From: Acidimicrobiia bacterium
Lineage (GTDB): Bacteria > Actinomycetota > Acidimicrobiia > Spongiisociales > JAENVV01
NCBI GenBank assembly: GCA_041577335.1
Contig: JBFGJH010000011.1
Span: 1-64,000 of the forward strand
DNA length: 64,000 bases
Direction: 5' to 3'
Each line of letters begins with the position of its first letter. The first letter of the stretch is position 1. A program made the position numbers and the translations under genes. A model generated the notes under the pieces. It saw nothing but the letters and a program-made list of their open reading frames with translations, searched no databases and was not told the DNA's origin. Shown one piece after another: positions 1-10,190 of the stretch.

Positions 1-1
1 A

Positions 2-1762
2 CGATCGCGAGCGCGCTTGATAGCGCTGTTCGGTGCCCTCATGCTGGTTTTGACCGCATGTGGAAGTGACAGCACCGACACGACGGTGGCTACCACCGAC
101 GCTCCGGACGAGACCACTGCGGCCACTGAGGCTCCAGCGGCAACCGAAGCTCCCCCGGAGACCGAACCAATGGATGATGAGCCGATGGCTCCCATCTCCA
201 CGTACATCGGCGAGCCGGAGAACTTGACCACGACCAACCTCACGGAATCTGAGGGTCTCGCGGTTATCCGCGCTCTCTACACGCCATTGGTAGATGTCGA
301 CTCGAACAACGAACCGGTGATGGCTGCGGCCGAGTCGGTCGAGAGTCCCGACGGAGGAACGACGTGGGTCGTCACCCTCAGGCCCGGATGGACGTTCCAC
401 GACGGGACAGCTGTCACGGCACAGAGCTATGCGGATGCGTGGAACTACGGTGCCTATGGCCCCAATGCCCAGCAAAACTCCTCGTTCTATTCCGGAATTG
501 TCGGCTACGACGACCTGCAATGTGGCGAGGTCACCGAGGAGGACGAAGAGGGCAACGAAATCCTGGTCGCCGATTGCGAGAATCAGCCTCCGGCTACGGA
601 GACCATGTCCGGGCTGGTAGTCGACAGCGACACCCAGTTCACGGTCACGCTCGGTACCGCCGAGTCGTTCTTCCCAATCCGGTTGCTCTACCCGGCCTAC
701 AGCCCGCTGCCCGAGGCGTTCTTCGCCGACCCAGAGGGCTTCAACGAGATGCCCATCGGTAACGGCCCATTCATGATGGCCAGCCCTTGGGAGCACAACA
801 CGGCGATCTTCACGACCGCCTATCCGGACTACCAGGGCGACAATCCGGCCCAGATCACCGATCTGGAGTTCCGGATCTTCGACGACATCAACACCGCCGT
901 GAATGAGCTGTTGGCGGGCAACCTGGACATCCACGACAATATCCCGCCGGAGCGATTTGCCGAGGTCCAATCGCAGGTTCCGAATGTCGATGCCACGGCA
1001 ACGTCTGTGATTACGTACTTCGCATTCCCCTCGTACGACTCGGACTGGGGCGGAGCCGACAACGCCGACTTGCGTCGAGCACTGTCGATGGCGATTGATC
1101 AGGAAGCCATTACCACTGCCATCTTCGATGGTCGTCGTCAGCCGGCATACAACCTGATTTCGCCGGTCATCCCGACCTGGACCGACAGCCTCTGCGATTC
1201 GTGGAGCTTTGATCCCGTCGCGGCCAAGGAGCTGTACGACTCCACCGATGGCCTCCCAGCCGAGGTGACGTTCTACTTCAACGCCGGCGCCGGTCATGAG
1301 GACTGGATCCAGGCCGTTGTCAATCAGTGGGGCACCAACCTGGGCATCGACACCAGTGGAATCACGTTCGAGGGCATCCAGCCTTTCGGCGACTACCTCA
1401 CCCGCCTGGACGAGCAGGCGGTCGATGGCCCGTTCCGTCTCGGCTGGGGTGCGGACTACCTGCATCCGCAGAACTACTGGCAGTTGCTCTTGGACAGCCG
1501 GTTCCACTCGGACTCAGGTGGCGCCAACTCGAGCTTCTACACCAACCCGGACTTCGACGCCAAGATCGATGAGGCCCTGGCCATCACCGATCTTAACGAG
1601 GCCCTTCCGGTCTGGCAGGAAGTTGGAGAGATCGCCTGTAACGACGTTCCTGTCGTGCCCATGTTCTACGGACAGTCGGACTACGCATGGAATGACACGG
1701 TGAGCGGTGTCAGAGTCAGCTCGCAGAGCGACCTCGACTACTCGTCGCTGGTGGCGAACTAG
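2..1762 (+). CDS. oppA: Peptide/oligopeptide ABC transporter substrate-binding lipoprotein (SBP family 5); 5' end probably lies before the window
   Basis: Lipobox LTAC, Thr/Ala/Pro/Glu linker, family-5 motifs LRPGWTFHDG, PIGNGPF, LRRALSMAID; frame open to the window edge (RSRAR n-region); upstream of oppBCDF. Confidence 0.93.
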   Translation, partial: RSRARLIALFGALMLVLTACGSDSTDTTVATTDAPDETTAATEAPAATEAPPETEPMDDEPMAPISTYIGEPENLTTTNLTESEGLAVIRALYTPLVDVDSNNEPVMAAAESVESPDGGTTWVVTLRPGWTFHDGTAVTAQSYADAWNYGAYGPNAQQNSSFYSGIVGYDDLQCGEVTEEDEEGNEILVADCENQPPATETMSGLVVDSDTQFTVTLGTAESFFPIRLLYPAYSPLPEAFFADPEGFNEMPIGNGPFMMASPWEHNTAIFTTAYPDYQGDNPAQITDLEFRIFDDINTAVNELLAGNLDIHDNIPPERFAEVQSQVPNVDATATSVITYFAFPSYDSDWGGADNADLRRALSMAIDQEAITTAIFDGRRQPAYNLISPVIPTWTDSLCDSWSFDPVAAKELYDSTDGLPAEVTFYFNAGAGHEDWIQAVVNQWGTNLGIDTSGITFEGIQPFGDYLTRLDEQAVDGPFRLGWGADYLHPQNYWQLLLDSRFHSDSGGANSSFYTNPDFDAKIDEALAITDLNEALPVWQEVGEIACNDVPVVPMFYGQSDYAWNDTVSGVRVSSQSDLDYSSLVAN

Positions 1763-1788
1763 TAGCCAAGACGAAGCAGTAATCGAAT

Positions 1789-1817
1789 GGAGGGAGGCGA
1801 CCTGGTCGCCTCCCTCC
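1789..1817 (+). terminator. GC-rich stem-loop after oppA (terminator or mRNA stabiliser)
   Basis: GGAGGGAGGCGAC-CTG-GTCGCCTCCCTCC, perfect 13-bp inverted repeat; no U tract. Confidence 0.75.
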
Positions 1818-1879
1818 TGCTCATTAAAAGCTCCGCACAGAGTCGACGGGCGCAGTTTCGGTCTGGCTAGGATGACCCG

Positions 1880-2803
1880 ATGGGTCGCTACCTGACACGG
1901 CGTGTTCTGCAGTTCATCCCGGTGTTCATTGGAGCGACTTTTTTGATATTCGCCCTGGTTTTCATGATCCCAGGCGACCCCATCCGTGCGCTGTCAGGCG
2001 ACAAGCCGCTCCCGCAGTCCGTCCAAGACACCCTGCGCGCCCAGTACAACCTCGACAAGCCGCTCTGGCAGCAGTACGCCTTATATGTCGGAGGCGTCGT
2101 GCAGGGCGACTTCGGGGAGGATTTCCGTGGCAGGGACGTTCGGGAGATCATGGCCGAGCGAATCCCCGTCACGTTTCGGTTGGCGCTTTACGCCTTTCTG
2201 TTCGAGATGGTGATCGGAATCATCGCCGGCATCCTGGCCGGGCTCAACTTCGGCGGCTTCATCGACAATCTGGTGCGAATATCCACGCTGGTAGTGATAT
2301 CGATACCCATATTCGTGTTCGGATTCATGGCGCAGTTGCTGATTGGAGTGCGGTTCGATCTCTTGCCGGTTTCTGGTCTTCGTGACGGCCAGGCCAGTTA
2401 CATCATGCCGGCGATCGTGCTCGGCTCCGTCTCTTTGGCGTACATCGCCCGCCTCACCCGCACCAGCCTCGCAGAGAACATGAGGGCCGATTACGTGCGG
2501 ACCGCGACGGCCAAGGGTCTGAGCCGGCGGCGGGTGGTGGGGGTGCATGCTCTGCGCAACTCGATGATCCCGGTGATCACCTTTCTCGGTGTCGATCTCG
2601 GTGCTCTGATGGGCGGTGCCATCATCACCGAGGCGATCTTCAACCTGCCCGGGATCGGTAATGCTGTCTATCAGGCGACGTTGCGCCAAGAGGGCACCGT
2701 TGTCGTCGGCATCGTGACCTTCCTGGTGCTTGTTTTCATGATCTCCAATCTCCTGGTCGATGTTCTGTACGCGGTGCTCGACCCGCGGATCCGATATGAG
2801 TGA
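1880..2803 (+). CDS. oppB: Peptide ABC transporter permease
   Basis: PGDP...LDKPLWQQY N-domain, EAA-like DYVRTATAKGL, ends DPRIRY; TAGGAT 6 nt before ATG. Confidence 0.95.
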   Translation: MGRYLTRRVLQFIPVFIGATFLIFALVFMIPGDPIRALSGDKPLPQSVQDTLRAQYNLDKPLWQQYALYVGGVVQGDFGEDFRGRDVREIMAERIPVTFRLALYAFLFEMVIGIIAGILAGLNFGGFIDNLVRISTLVVISIPIFVFGFMAQLLIGVRFDLLPVSGLRDGQASYIMPAIVLGSVSLAYIARLTRTSLAENMRADYVRTATAKGLSRRRVVGVHALRNSMIPVITFLGVDLGALMGGAIITEAIFNLPGIGNAVYQATLRQEGTVVVGIVTFLVLVFMISNLLVDVLYAVLDPRIRYE

Positions 2804-3743
2804 CTCCCAAGGCCAAGGCCCCGAGCACGAGGGACAGCAACCGCAGACGTCTCTCGAGGTCGCCGAACTCGTCGAACTCGACGACGTGCAGGGCATATCC
2901 GGAGCCAGTCTTTGGTCAGATGCCTGGAAGCAGCTCCGCACCAGCCCGGTGTTTCTCATATCGCTTGGCATCATCATTCTCATCAGCGTGATGGCGATCG
3001 CCCCGGGCCTGTTCACCAACGCCGATCCGCGCGCCTGCGATCTCTCCAATTCGTTGGTTCGACCCAGCGCCGACCACTGGTTCGGCTTCGATCTCCAGGG
3101 ATGCGACTACTACGCCCGCACTATCTACGGCGCTCGGATATCGGTATCGATCGGGCTCACCGTGACGATCTTCGCCGGGCTCCTGGCAGTGGTCATGGGC
3201 AGCCTCGCCGGCTACTACGCCGGGGCGACCGATTCGGTGATCGCCCGGCTCACCGACATCTGGTTTGCGATCCCGACGATTCTCGGCGCCATCGTCATTC
3301 TCAGCCTGCTGGGAACCCGCGGCTTTTTCCAGGTCTCGTTCGTCCTGGTGATCCTCGGCTGGCCTACCATGCTGCGGCTGTATCGCTCGTCGGTGCTGTC
3401 GGTGAAGGAGCTGGACTACATCGAGGCGGCCCGAGCCCTCGGCGCCAGTGACTTCAGGATTCTTTCAAAGCACATCCTGCCCAACGCCATCGCTCCCGTG
3501 CTGATCTACGCAGCCATCACGGTGGGCGTGATCATCTCTGCGGAGGCGGCGTTGTCGTTCCTCGGGGTGGGGCTGCAACTTCCGGCGATCTCGTGGGGTC
3601 TCATGATCTCAGGAGCCCAGACCAGGATTCTCTCGGCCCCTCACCTGCTGCTGTTTCCTGGCCTGTTCCTCAGCGTGACCGTCTTTGGCTTCATCCTCAT
3701 GGGCGACTCGCTCCGCGACGCATTGGACCCGAAGTCGAGATGA
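2796..3743 (+). CDS. oppC: Peptide ABC transporter permease
   Basis: HWFGFDLQG, DYIEAARALGAS, EAALSFLG, DSLRDALDP; ATG at 2796 overlaps oppB end. Confidence 0.95.
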   Translation: MSDSQGQGPEHEGQQPQTSLEVAELVELDDVQGISGASLWSDAWKQLRTSPVFLISLGIIILISVMAIAPGLFTNADPRACDLSNSLVRPSADHWFGFDLQGCDYYARTIYGARISVSIGLTVTIFAGLLAVVMGSLAGYYAGATDSVIARLTDIWFAIPTILGAIVILSLLGTRGFFQVSFVLVILGWPTMLRLYRSSVLSVKELDYIEAARALGASDFRILSKHILPNAIAPVLIYAAITVGVIISAEAALSFLGVGLQLPAISWGLMISGAQTRILSAPHLLLFPGLFLSVTVFGFILMGDSLRDALDPKSR

Positions 3744-4792
3744 GTGTCACCGAAGAAGGTCAATCGGCCGAGGGTGGCGTGTTCCCGCTCGACTACGACC
3801 CCACGGCCCCGCTACTGGAGGTCGAGGACCTCCATGTGGAGTTCCGCACCAGGGACGGCATCGTCAAGGCGAACTCGGGCATCAGCTATACGCTCCGGGA
3901 AGAGGAGACGCTGGCGATCGTCGGCGAATCGGGCTCGGGGAAGACGGTCAGCGCGCAGGCGGTCATGGGCATCATCGACTCCCCACCCGGCTACATCACC
4001 CAGGGTGCCGCCCGCCTTCGCGGTGTCGACATGTTCGAGCTCCCCGACCCCGAGCGGCGGGCGATGCGGGGCGAGCGCATCGCCATGATCTTTCAGGACG
4101 CCTTGACCGCCCTCAACCCGGTCTTTCCGGTCGGATGGCAAATCGCCGAGACCTTTCGCGCCCACCGCGGCACGTCCAAGCGCGAAGCGCGCAAGCACGC
4201 CATCGAGCTGCTTGACCGGGTCCGGATCCCAGCTGCCAAGGAACGGGTCAACGCCTATCCTCACGAGTTTTCCGGGGGGATGCGGCAGCGCGCCATGATC
4301 GCCATGTCCCTGGCGCTCGACCCCGAGGTCCTCATCGCCGACGAGCCGACCACCGCCCTCGACGTGACGGTCCAGGCTCAGATCATGAATCTACTCCAGG
4401 ACCTCCAAGACGAGACCAAGATGGGCCTGATCCTCATCACCCACGACCTCGCTGTGATCGCCGAAGTGGCCGATCGGGCACTGGTGATGTATGCCGGCAA
4501 GGCTGTCGAGCACGGCCCGGTAAAGGAGATCTTCCTTAATCCGGGACATCCCTACACGCTTGGCCTCCTGCAATCGATCGCCCGTCCCGAGCAAAAAGGC
4601 GGCAAGCTGATCCCGATCGTGGGCTCTCCACCGGATCTGCTGCATGTTCCCTCGGGGTGCCCGTTTCACCCGCGCTGTCGGTACCGGCAGGACATCTGCA
4701 GCGAGGTCGAGCCACCCATGACCGACACCCGCCCTGGGCGCGCATCCGCCTGCCACTTCGCCGAGGAGGTCCTTGCTCTTGGCAAACAATGA
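3740..4792 (+). CDS. oppD: Peptide ABC transporter ATP-binding protein
   Basis: Walker [31 protein letters not shown] and Cys-rich C-terminus; ATGA overlap with oppC. Confidence 0.95.
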   Translation: MSVTEEGQSAEGGVFPLDYDPTAPLLEVEDLHVEFRTRDGIVKANSGISYTLREEETLAIVGESGSGKTVSAQAVMGIIDSPPGYITQGAARLRGVDMFELPDPERRAMRGERIAMIFQDALTALNPVFPVGWQIAETFRAHRGTSKREARKHAIELLDRVRIPAAKERVNAYPHEFSGGMRQRAMIAMSLALDPEVLIADEPTTALDVTVQAQIMNLLQDLQDETKMGLILITHDLAVIAEVADRALVMYAGKAVEHGPVKEIFLNPGHPYTLGLLQSIARPEQKGGKLIPIVGSPPDLLHVPSGCPFHPRCRYRQDICSEVEPPMTDTRPGRASACHFAEEVLALGKQ

Positions 4793-5789
4793 CCGCGCAG
4801 AACCGCTCCTCAGGGTCGAAGGTTTGGTGAAGCACTTCCCGATCACTCGCGGGATCGTATTCAAGAAGCAGGTGGGCACCATCAAAGCCGTCGATGATGT
4901 CTCGTTCGATCTCTATCCCCGCGAAACGGTGGGGCTCGTCGGGGAGTCGGGATGCGGAAAGTCGACGGTCGCCAGGACGGTGCTCCGCCTCCATGAGCCA
5001 ACCGGCGGCGCCGCTTACTTCAAAGGTCAGAACATATTCGAGATGAGCAAAAGCGAGCTGCGAGAGTTGCGGCGGGAGATCCAGATCATCTTTCAGGATC
5101 CCTATGCCTCCCTCAACCCCCGCATGACGGTCGGGGATATCGTCGGCGAGCCCTGGGAGATTCACAAAGGTGTCGTTGCCAAGGAGAACCGCCGATCAGC
5201 CGTTCAGGAGCTCCTGGAGCTGGTCGGATTGAACCCCGACCACATCAATCGTTTCCCGCACCAGTTTTCCGGTGGTCAGCGGCAGCGGATTGGCGTTGCC
5301 AGGGCGCTGGCACTGAACCCGTCGGTGATCGTGTGCGACGAGCCGGTGTCCGCCCTCGACGTATCGGTCCAAGCGCAGGTCATCAATCTCCTCGAAGAGC
5401 TGCAAGAAGAACTGGGTCTGGCCTACCTCTTCATCGCCCACGATCTGTCGGTGGTGCGGCACATCTCCGATCGCTTGGCCGTCATGTACCTCGGACGCAT
5501 CGTCGAAACCGGCACCGACGAGGACGTATACGACCATCCGGTCCATCCATATACCCAAGCGTTGCTGTCGGCGGTCCCGGTGCCCGACCCTGAGCATGAG
5601 GTCACCAACCGGATCGTGCTGGAAGGCGATGTTCCCAGCCCTGCCAATCCTCCGTCTGGCTGCTCGTTTCGAACGAGGTGCTGGAAGGCCGAGGATGTGT
5701 GTGCCGGCGATGTTCCCGCACTCGAGGATCGGTTCGGCGTCGGTCATCCGAGTACCTGTTACTTCGCTTCGGAAATGCAGGTGTTCTGA
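4779..5789 (+). CDS. oppF: Peptide ABC transporter ATP-binding protein
   Basis: GESGCGKST, FSGGQRQR, CDEPVSALD, HPYT; RBS GAGGAGG at 4763-4769 before TTG. Confidence 0.95.
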   Translation: MANNDRAEPLLRVEGLVKHFPITRGIVFKKQVGTIKAVDDVSFDLYPRETVGLVGESGCGKSTVARTVLRLHEPTGGAAYFKGQNIFEMSKSELRELRREIQIIFQDPYASLNPRMTVGDIVGEPWEIHKGVVAKENRRSAVQELLELVGLNPDHINRFPHQFSGGQRQRIGVARALALNPSVIVCDEPVSALDVSVQAQVINLLEELQEELGLAYLFIAHDLSVVRHISDRLAVMYLGRIVETGTDEDVYDHPVHPYTQALLSAVPVPDPEHEVTNRIVLEGDVPSPANPPSGCSFRTRCWKAEDVCAGDVPALEDRFGVGHPSTCYFASEMQVF

Positions 5790-6162
5790 GGTCTGGTGAC
5801 TCACCGAGGCCGGGCCATTCCTCCATCGCTGTCAAAGAAGTCGGAGGAGATGGTCGAGCTGGTGGCGTCGGTCGTCGCCATCTGAGATCCAACAGGCCGC
5901 ACGTCTGCCGGCATCGCTCCTTGCGAGATCCTCGAACCCTTTCCCAACGATGGCCGGGAGGCCTCCTGGCACCTTGCGAGTATCAAAGGCGGCGACCCCG
6001 TGACGTAGCGATCGCTCCGGAAAAGGGACTATCGGCTCTAGATGCTGCGAGTGATCGCTGATTGACTAAGCCAGTCCGTGAGCTAGAACCATCGCTTGTG
6101 GTTTGCGGGCGTTTTCAAACGGCCGGAATTGTCCTGGTGGGGGGAAGGAGGCCGAGGGGGTG

Positions 6163-6203
6163 GCGCATTCCGCGCATTCCGCGCATTCCGCGCATTCCGC
6201 GCA
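6163..6203. repeat. 9-bp tandem repeat (GCGCATTCC)x4.5
   Basis: Directly visible: gcgcattcc x4 + gcgca. Confidence 0.95.
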
Positions 6204-6286
6204 CAGCCCTCTACGACGATACGTACGTCAATCCACTGATGACCGATCGCCGCGCCCAGTGCAGCGGCGAGAAGGGAAGACTTCTA

Positions 6287-8314
6287 ATGCATGTACGAAT
6301 ACCGAAGAATAGGACGGGTCCTCTAGCGGTCGCTTTCACGGTCGCGCTCATGATGGCGATGGTCCCCGGGATATCCGCCGCGGGAGCAACACCGCCGGCA
6401 GGAAACCCGGCCACCTACACGCTCGATACACATTTCGACGAGGGAACCCGGATCAACGTCAACTACACGGATGTTGCCGACCAGCTGCAGTTGGACTCGC
6501 AAGCCAGCGCTTTCGACAACTTGTGGATCGCAGCTTCGGCTCGTGGCACGATCGTCAAGATCGACACCAATACCGGAACGATTCTGGGCGAGTACCAGTC
6601 GGCGCCAGATGGTCATGCCGCAGATCCATCGAGAACCACCGTTGAAGCAAACGGCGGTGTCTGGGCAGGCAACCGCGCAGACAACTCTGGAAACAAGGGC
6701 TCAGTCGTCCACATCGGTCTTCTGGAGAACGGCGGATGCGTCGACCGCAATTTGAATGGCGTGATCGACACCTCGACCGGCCTCGGTGACATCAAACCGT
6801 GGCTCAACCCTGCTGGCGTCGATGACAACGGCGGCGTGTCTTCGGCGGACGATGAATGCATCATCCATTACACGAGGACCAACGGCACCGGCTTACGGAC
6901 CCTGGCTATCGACGAGAACAATGATGTGTGGACTGGCGGGCTGAGCAACCGGGCCCACGAGAAGATTGACGGAATCACCGGATTGCCTGTAGCCGGCACC
7001 CAATTCAACCTTGGGTGTGGCGGCTATGGCGGCTTGTACGCCGGCGGGGTGCTGTGGTCGGCACGAGAGCTGCTCCGGTACGACACCGTTGGAATGTCCG
7101 GAATGTGCTTTGGCAACGACCGCGGAGATTACGGCCTCGGTATCGATCCCAACACAGGTCATATCTGGCAGTCCAGTCTGTTCAGTTCAGGCGTGGACGG
7201 GCCGTGCTGCCGGCTCTACGAGCTCGACGGCGCCGGGAATGTCGTCAACTCGTACCCGCAGCCCTTCGGGGCGCAGGGCGTGGTGGTCGACCAGAACAGC
7301 CATGTCTGGGTAGCCGAGATCTTCGGCAGCCGTGTGGCCCACTACGCGCCCGATCCGGGTGTGCCAGGAACACATCTGCTGGTGGGTACTGTCACTGGCT
7401 TTGCGGGCACAACCGGAGTGGCCGTCGACGCCAACGGGTTCATCTGGGCGTCCGAAATAAACAGCAGTCTCACTCGTGGGGTTGCCAAGATCGATCCGAA
7501 CGGTGGACCGATCGGAGCGGGCGGCTACACCGTTGGAGCCATTGCTCTGACCATCGGGCTCGAGGATGGTGTGCTGCCGCCTGCACGTCCATACAACTAC
7601 AGCGACATGACAGGCAGCACATTGATCGCCCCGCCGACCACCGGCACGTGGGAATTCGTGCACGACAGCGGGTTGCCCGATGCACCGTGGAGCAACGTGA
7701 GTTGGAACGCGGACGAACCCGGGAGCAGCTCGATCATGGTCGAGGTCGCTTCGAGCAACAATGCCGGAGGGCCGTTCAGCGCGCCGGAGGCGGTGACCAA
7801 CGGGGTCGACCTGACGTCGACACCGGACGGCCAGTTCCTGAAAGTGACTGTCATGTTCGACCGAGCGAACGGGTTTGATCCGACCCCGGTTCTGTTCGAC
7901 CTCACCCTGTTGCACAACCGGCCGCCGGACTGCACTGATGCAGCTCCAAGCCTCGACACGCTGTGGCCGCCGAACCACAAGTTCGTCGACATCAACGTGC
8001 TGGGTGTCACCGACCCCGATGGGGATCCGATCACCATCACGATCGACTCGATCTGGCAAGACGAGCCGACGGATACCAACGGTGACGGAACATTCACACC
8101 AGACGGGATGGGTGTCGGGACTGATACGGCGGAATTGAGAGCCGAGCGATCTGGCACCAAGGAGACGCCTGGCAACGGCCGTGTGTACCACGTCGGTTTC
8201 ACAGCCGACGACGGTATCGGTGGTACATGCAACGGACTCATCAACGTTGGTGTTCCACACGATGTGAAGGACGTGCCAATCGACGAGGGAGCCCTGTTCG
8301 ATTCGACCAATTGA
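6287..8314 (+). CDS. Large secreted beta-rich protein: probable beta-propeller (Vgb/NHL-like blades) plus C-terminal 'LWPPNHK' domain
   Basis: Signal peptide after ATG 6287; repeated blades (AIDENNDVW, VVDQNSHVW, AVDANGFIW); DRNLNGVID Ca-loop-like motif; C-terminal TLWPPNHKFV...GNGRVYH. Confidence 0.75.
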   Translation: MHVRIPKNRTGPLAVAFTVALMMAMVPGISAAGATPPAGNPATYTLDTHFDEGTRINVNYTDVADQLQLDSQASAFDNLWIAASARGTIVKIDTNTGTILGEYQSAPDGHAADPSRTTVEANGGVWAGNRADNSGNKGSVVHIGLLENGGCVDRNLNGVIDTSTGLGDIKPWLNPAGVDDNGGVSSADDECIIHYTRTNGTGLRTLAIDENNDVWTGGLSNRAHEKIDGITGLPVAGTQFNLGCGGYGGLYAGGVLWSARELLRYDTVGMSGMCFGNDRGDYGLGIDPNTGHIWQSSLFSSGVDGPCCRLYELDGAGNVVNSYPQPFGAQGVVVDQNSHVWVAEIFGSRVAHYAPDPGVPGTHLLVGTVTGFAGTTGVAVDANGFIWASEINSSLTRGVAKIDPNGGPIGAGGYTVGAIALTIGLEDGVLPPARPYNYSDMTGSTLIAPPTTGTWEFVHDSGLPDAPWSNVSWNADEPGSSSIMVEVASSNNAGGPFSAPEAVTNGVDLTSTPDGQFLKVTVMFDRANGFDPTPVLFDLTLLHNRPPDCTDAAPSLDTLWPPNHKFVDINVLGVTDPDGDPITITIDSIWQDEPTDTNGDGTFTPDGMGVGTDTAELRAERSGTKETPGNGRVYHVGFTADDGIGGTCNGLINVGVPHDVKDVPIDEGALFDSTN

Positions 8315-8335
8315 GGCATAGAGGCCCCACAGGGC

Positions 8336-8369
8336 AGCTGAGACCCCGGCAAGGCCCGGGGTCTCAGCT
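8336..8369 (+). terminator. Strong stem-loop between convergent genes
   Basis: AGCTGAGACCCCGG-CAAGGC-CCGGGGTCTCAGCT, 14-bp perfect stem. Confidence 0.8.
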
Positions 8370-8514
8370 CGTCCGGCCGGGAAGATAGGCCGCGGCGATG
8401 GCCTCGTCACAGCGTCTAAGAGCAGCCCACCCGACCCAACGAGGCAGCCCGGAAGGCGTGTCTACGGGATGTCGGCGCAAGGCTCTCCAAGCACGCCACC
8501 GGTCCCGGAGGCGC

Positions 8515-9093
8515 TCAGGTAAGCCCCGAATCTGGCGCGAAAGTCACGCCAACATCGTGCAGGTGGTGGACGGGATCGTGGAGCAGGTAGCGGGCGAACG
8601 ATTCGATCGTGAACGCTGCCCCGTCGCTGCGGAACCCGGTTCGCTCCCATCCGGACGGCGGCACGGCGTCAAACTGTTCTGCCAGGCTGGCGCCGTTGGT
8701 CGACAGTTCGTCGCTGATCTCGCCCGGGTCTGATTGGTCGTACCGCTTCTCGACGGCAGTGGCGTCCTGATCCCAATCGGGATAGTGCGGCCCGTCCTCG
8801 GTCATCATCAACTCCAGGCGCTCGGAGTACAGAGCCAGGACGTCGCGCACGTGAGCGGCGTACTCGAGAGGTGACCAGACCTCCGGCGAGGGGCGCCGAC
8901 GAAGCTCCCCGGGGTCGCTTAGGAGGAGCTCCGCCCAGGTGTTGGTCACCTGGCGGAGCAGCGATCCCACTTCGGTCCGACTGAACGAGTGCACGTCGAA
9001 GCGGCATTCAGGGCACCGGCGCTCCAATACCCACGTCCAGTCCTTGCTGTCGCCGGGCACGGCGGGTGGTAGCGGTAGGTGGGCGTTGGTCAC
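8515..9093 (-). CDS. DinB superfamily protein
   Basis: DWTWVLERRCPECRFD, WSPLEYAAHVRD, HDPVHHLHD metal-binding His motif. Confidence 0.85.
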   Translation of the reverse strand: MTNAHLPLPPAVPGDSKDWTWVLERRCPECRFDVHSFSRTEVGSLLRQVTNTWAELLLSDPGELRRRPSPEVWSPLEYAAHVRDVLALYSERLELMMTEDGPHYPDWDQDATAVEKRYDQSDPGEISDELSTNGASLAEQFDAVPPSGWERTGFRSDGAAFTIESFARYLLHDPVHHLHDVGVTFAPDSGLT

Positions 9094-9154
9094 GAGAGAA
9101 ATCTAGCCATCGAGGTCGCTCGATCGTCTCGGGCGCCCGGTACCATCGCGGGCC

Positions 9155-9742
9155 ATGGAATCGCCGGCCCGACTCTCTGACCGCGTGTGGACCGTCCCCA
9201 ACGCCGTCTCGTTTGCCCGGCTGTTGGCGATCCCGTACTTCGTGTATCTGCTGCTCGCTCGCGACGACCCACGGGCAGCCGGGCTCCTTCTCATCGTGAT
9301 CGGTGCCACCGACTGGGTGGATGGGGCGCTTGCCCGGATATTGAACCAAGAGAGCGAATTGGGCCGAAAGCTCGATCCGATTGCCGACCGCCTGGCCATC
9401 GTGACCGCTGTGGTTGCCGGTTGGTTGGCCGAGATCGTTCCCGGCGTCATCGCCGGCCCCTTGCTGCTTCGTGAGGCCCTCATGGCGGTGGTTACTGCCG
9501 GGCTCGTCGCTCGCGGCAAAGGCACGCTCCAAGTCCGATACCTCGGCAAGGTGGCGACATTCGCCGTCTACGGGTCCATTCCCTCGTTCTACCTTGCTGC
9601 CGCCGATGTGCTTCCCGCCGTGTTCAGGGCCCTGGGCTGGACAGCCGGCGTCATCGGGCTGGCGCTGTACTGGCTCACAGCCATCCAATACCTCGGAGAT
9701 GCGCGCCGGGTTGTGCCTGCGTCACGAGGTGGGACTGGGTAA
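9155..9742 (+). CDS. CDP-alcohol phosphatidyltransferase (PgsA2/cardiolipin synthase-like)
   Basis: TVPN..SFARL, DWVDGALAR...G..LDPIAD signature. Confidence 0.92.
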   Translation: MESPARLSDRVWTVPNAVSFARLLAIPYFVYLLLARDDPRAAGLLLIVIGATDWVDGALARILNQESELGRKLDPIADRLAIVTAVVAGWLAEIVPGVIAGPLLLREALMAVVTAGLVARGKGTLQVRYLGKVATFAVYGSIPSFYLAAADVLPAVFRALGWTAGVIGLALYWLTAIQYLGDARRVVPASRGGTG

Positions 9743-9770
9743 TCTCGCAGAACTGGACCAAAGGAGGGGC

Positions 9771-10154
9771 ATGGACGCGCCCGACGACCGTCGGTATACG
9801 AAAGCACACGAATGGGTACTTGATATCGGAGATCACCGGGTCCGCATCGGGATCACCGACTACGCCCAGGATGCCCTCGGAGACGTGGTCTACGTCGACC
9901 TCCCCGACACGGGCAAGACAGTGCAAGCCGGCGAGACCTTGGCCGAGGTGGAGTCCACGAAATCCGTCGGTGAGATCTACGCTCCTGTGTCGGGCACGGT
10001 CACGGGCGCCAACACCGCCCTCGACGAGCAGCCGGAGCTGGTGAACTCGGATCCCTATGCGGACGGTTGGATTGTCGAGATGCAACTATCGGGAGACGGG
10101 GCCGAGGATCTGCTGGACGCATCTGCCTATATCGCGTTCACGGAAGCTGACTGA
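9771..10154 (+). CDS. gcvH: Glycine cleavage system H protein (lipoyl carrier)
   Basis: YTKAHEW, GITDYAQDALGD, VESTKS lipoyl Lys, NSDPYADGW; RBS AAGGAGG. Confidence 0.96.
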   Translation: MDAPDDRRYTKAHEWVLDIGDHRVRIGITDYAQDALGDVVYVDLPDTGKTVQAGETLAEVESTKSVGEIYAPVSGTVTGANTALDEQPELVNSDPYADGWIVEMQLSGDGAEDLLDASAYIAFTEAD

Positions 10155-10190
10155 GCTGGTTCGCTCGGACCGGCAGCTACGATACGAGTC

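Noticed and set aside
5790..6060. Short ORFs in the gap after oppF (for example GGAGGAG-ATG MVELVASVVAI)
   Set aside because: RBS abuts the ATG, no homology signal, cannot be supported.
6163..6203. Tandem repeats here and at 37490 as CRISPR arrays
   Set aside because: 7-9 bp units with no spacers and no cas genes.
6062..6286. N-terminal extension with RIP repeats
   Set aside because: Translation of the VNTR; the signal peptide begins at ATG 6287.
8370..8514. Possible glycine riboswitch near gcvH (GGAGAG...CGCCGA on the minus strand)
   Set aside because: Lacks the GAAGG/GCAA/CTCTCAGG core and sits between convergent gene ends.
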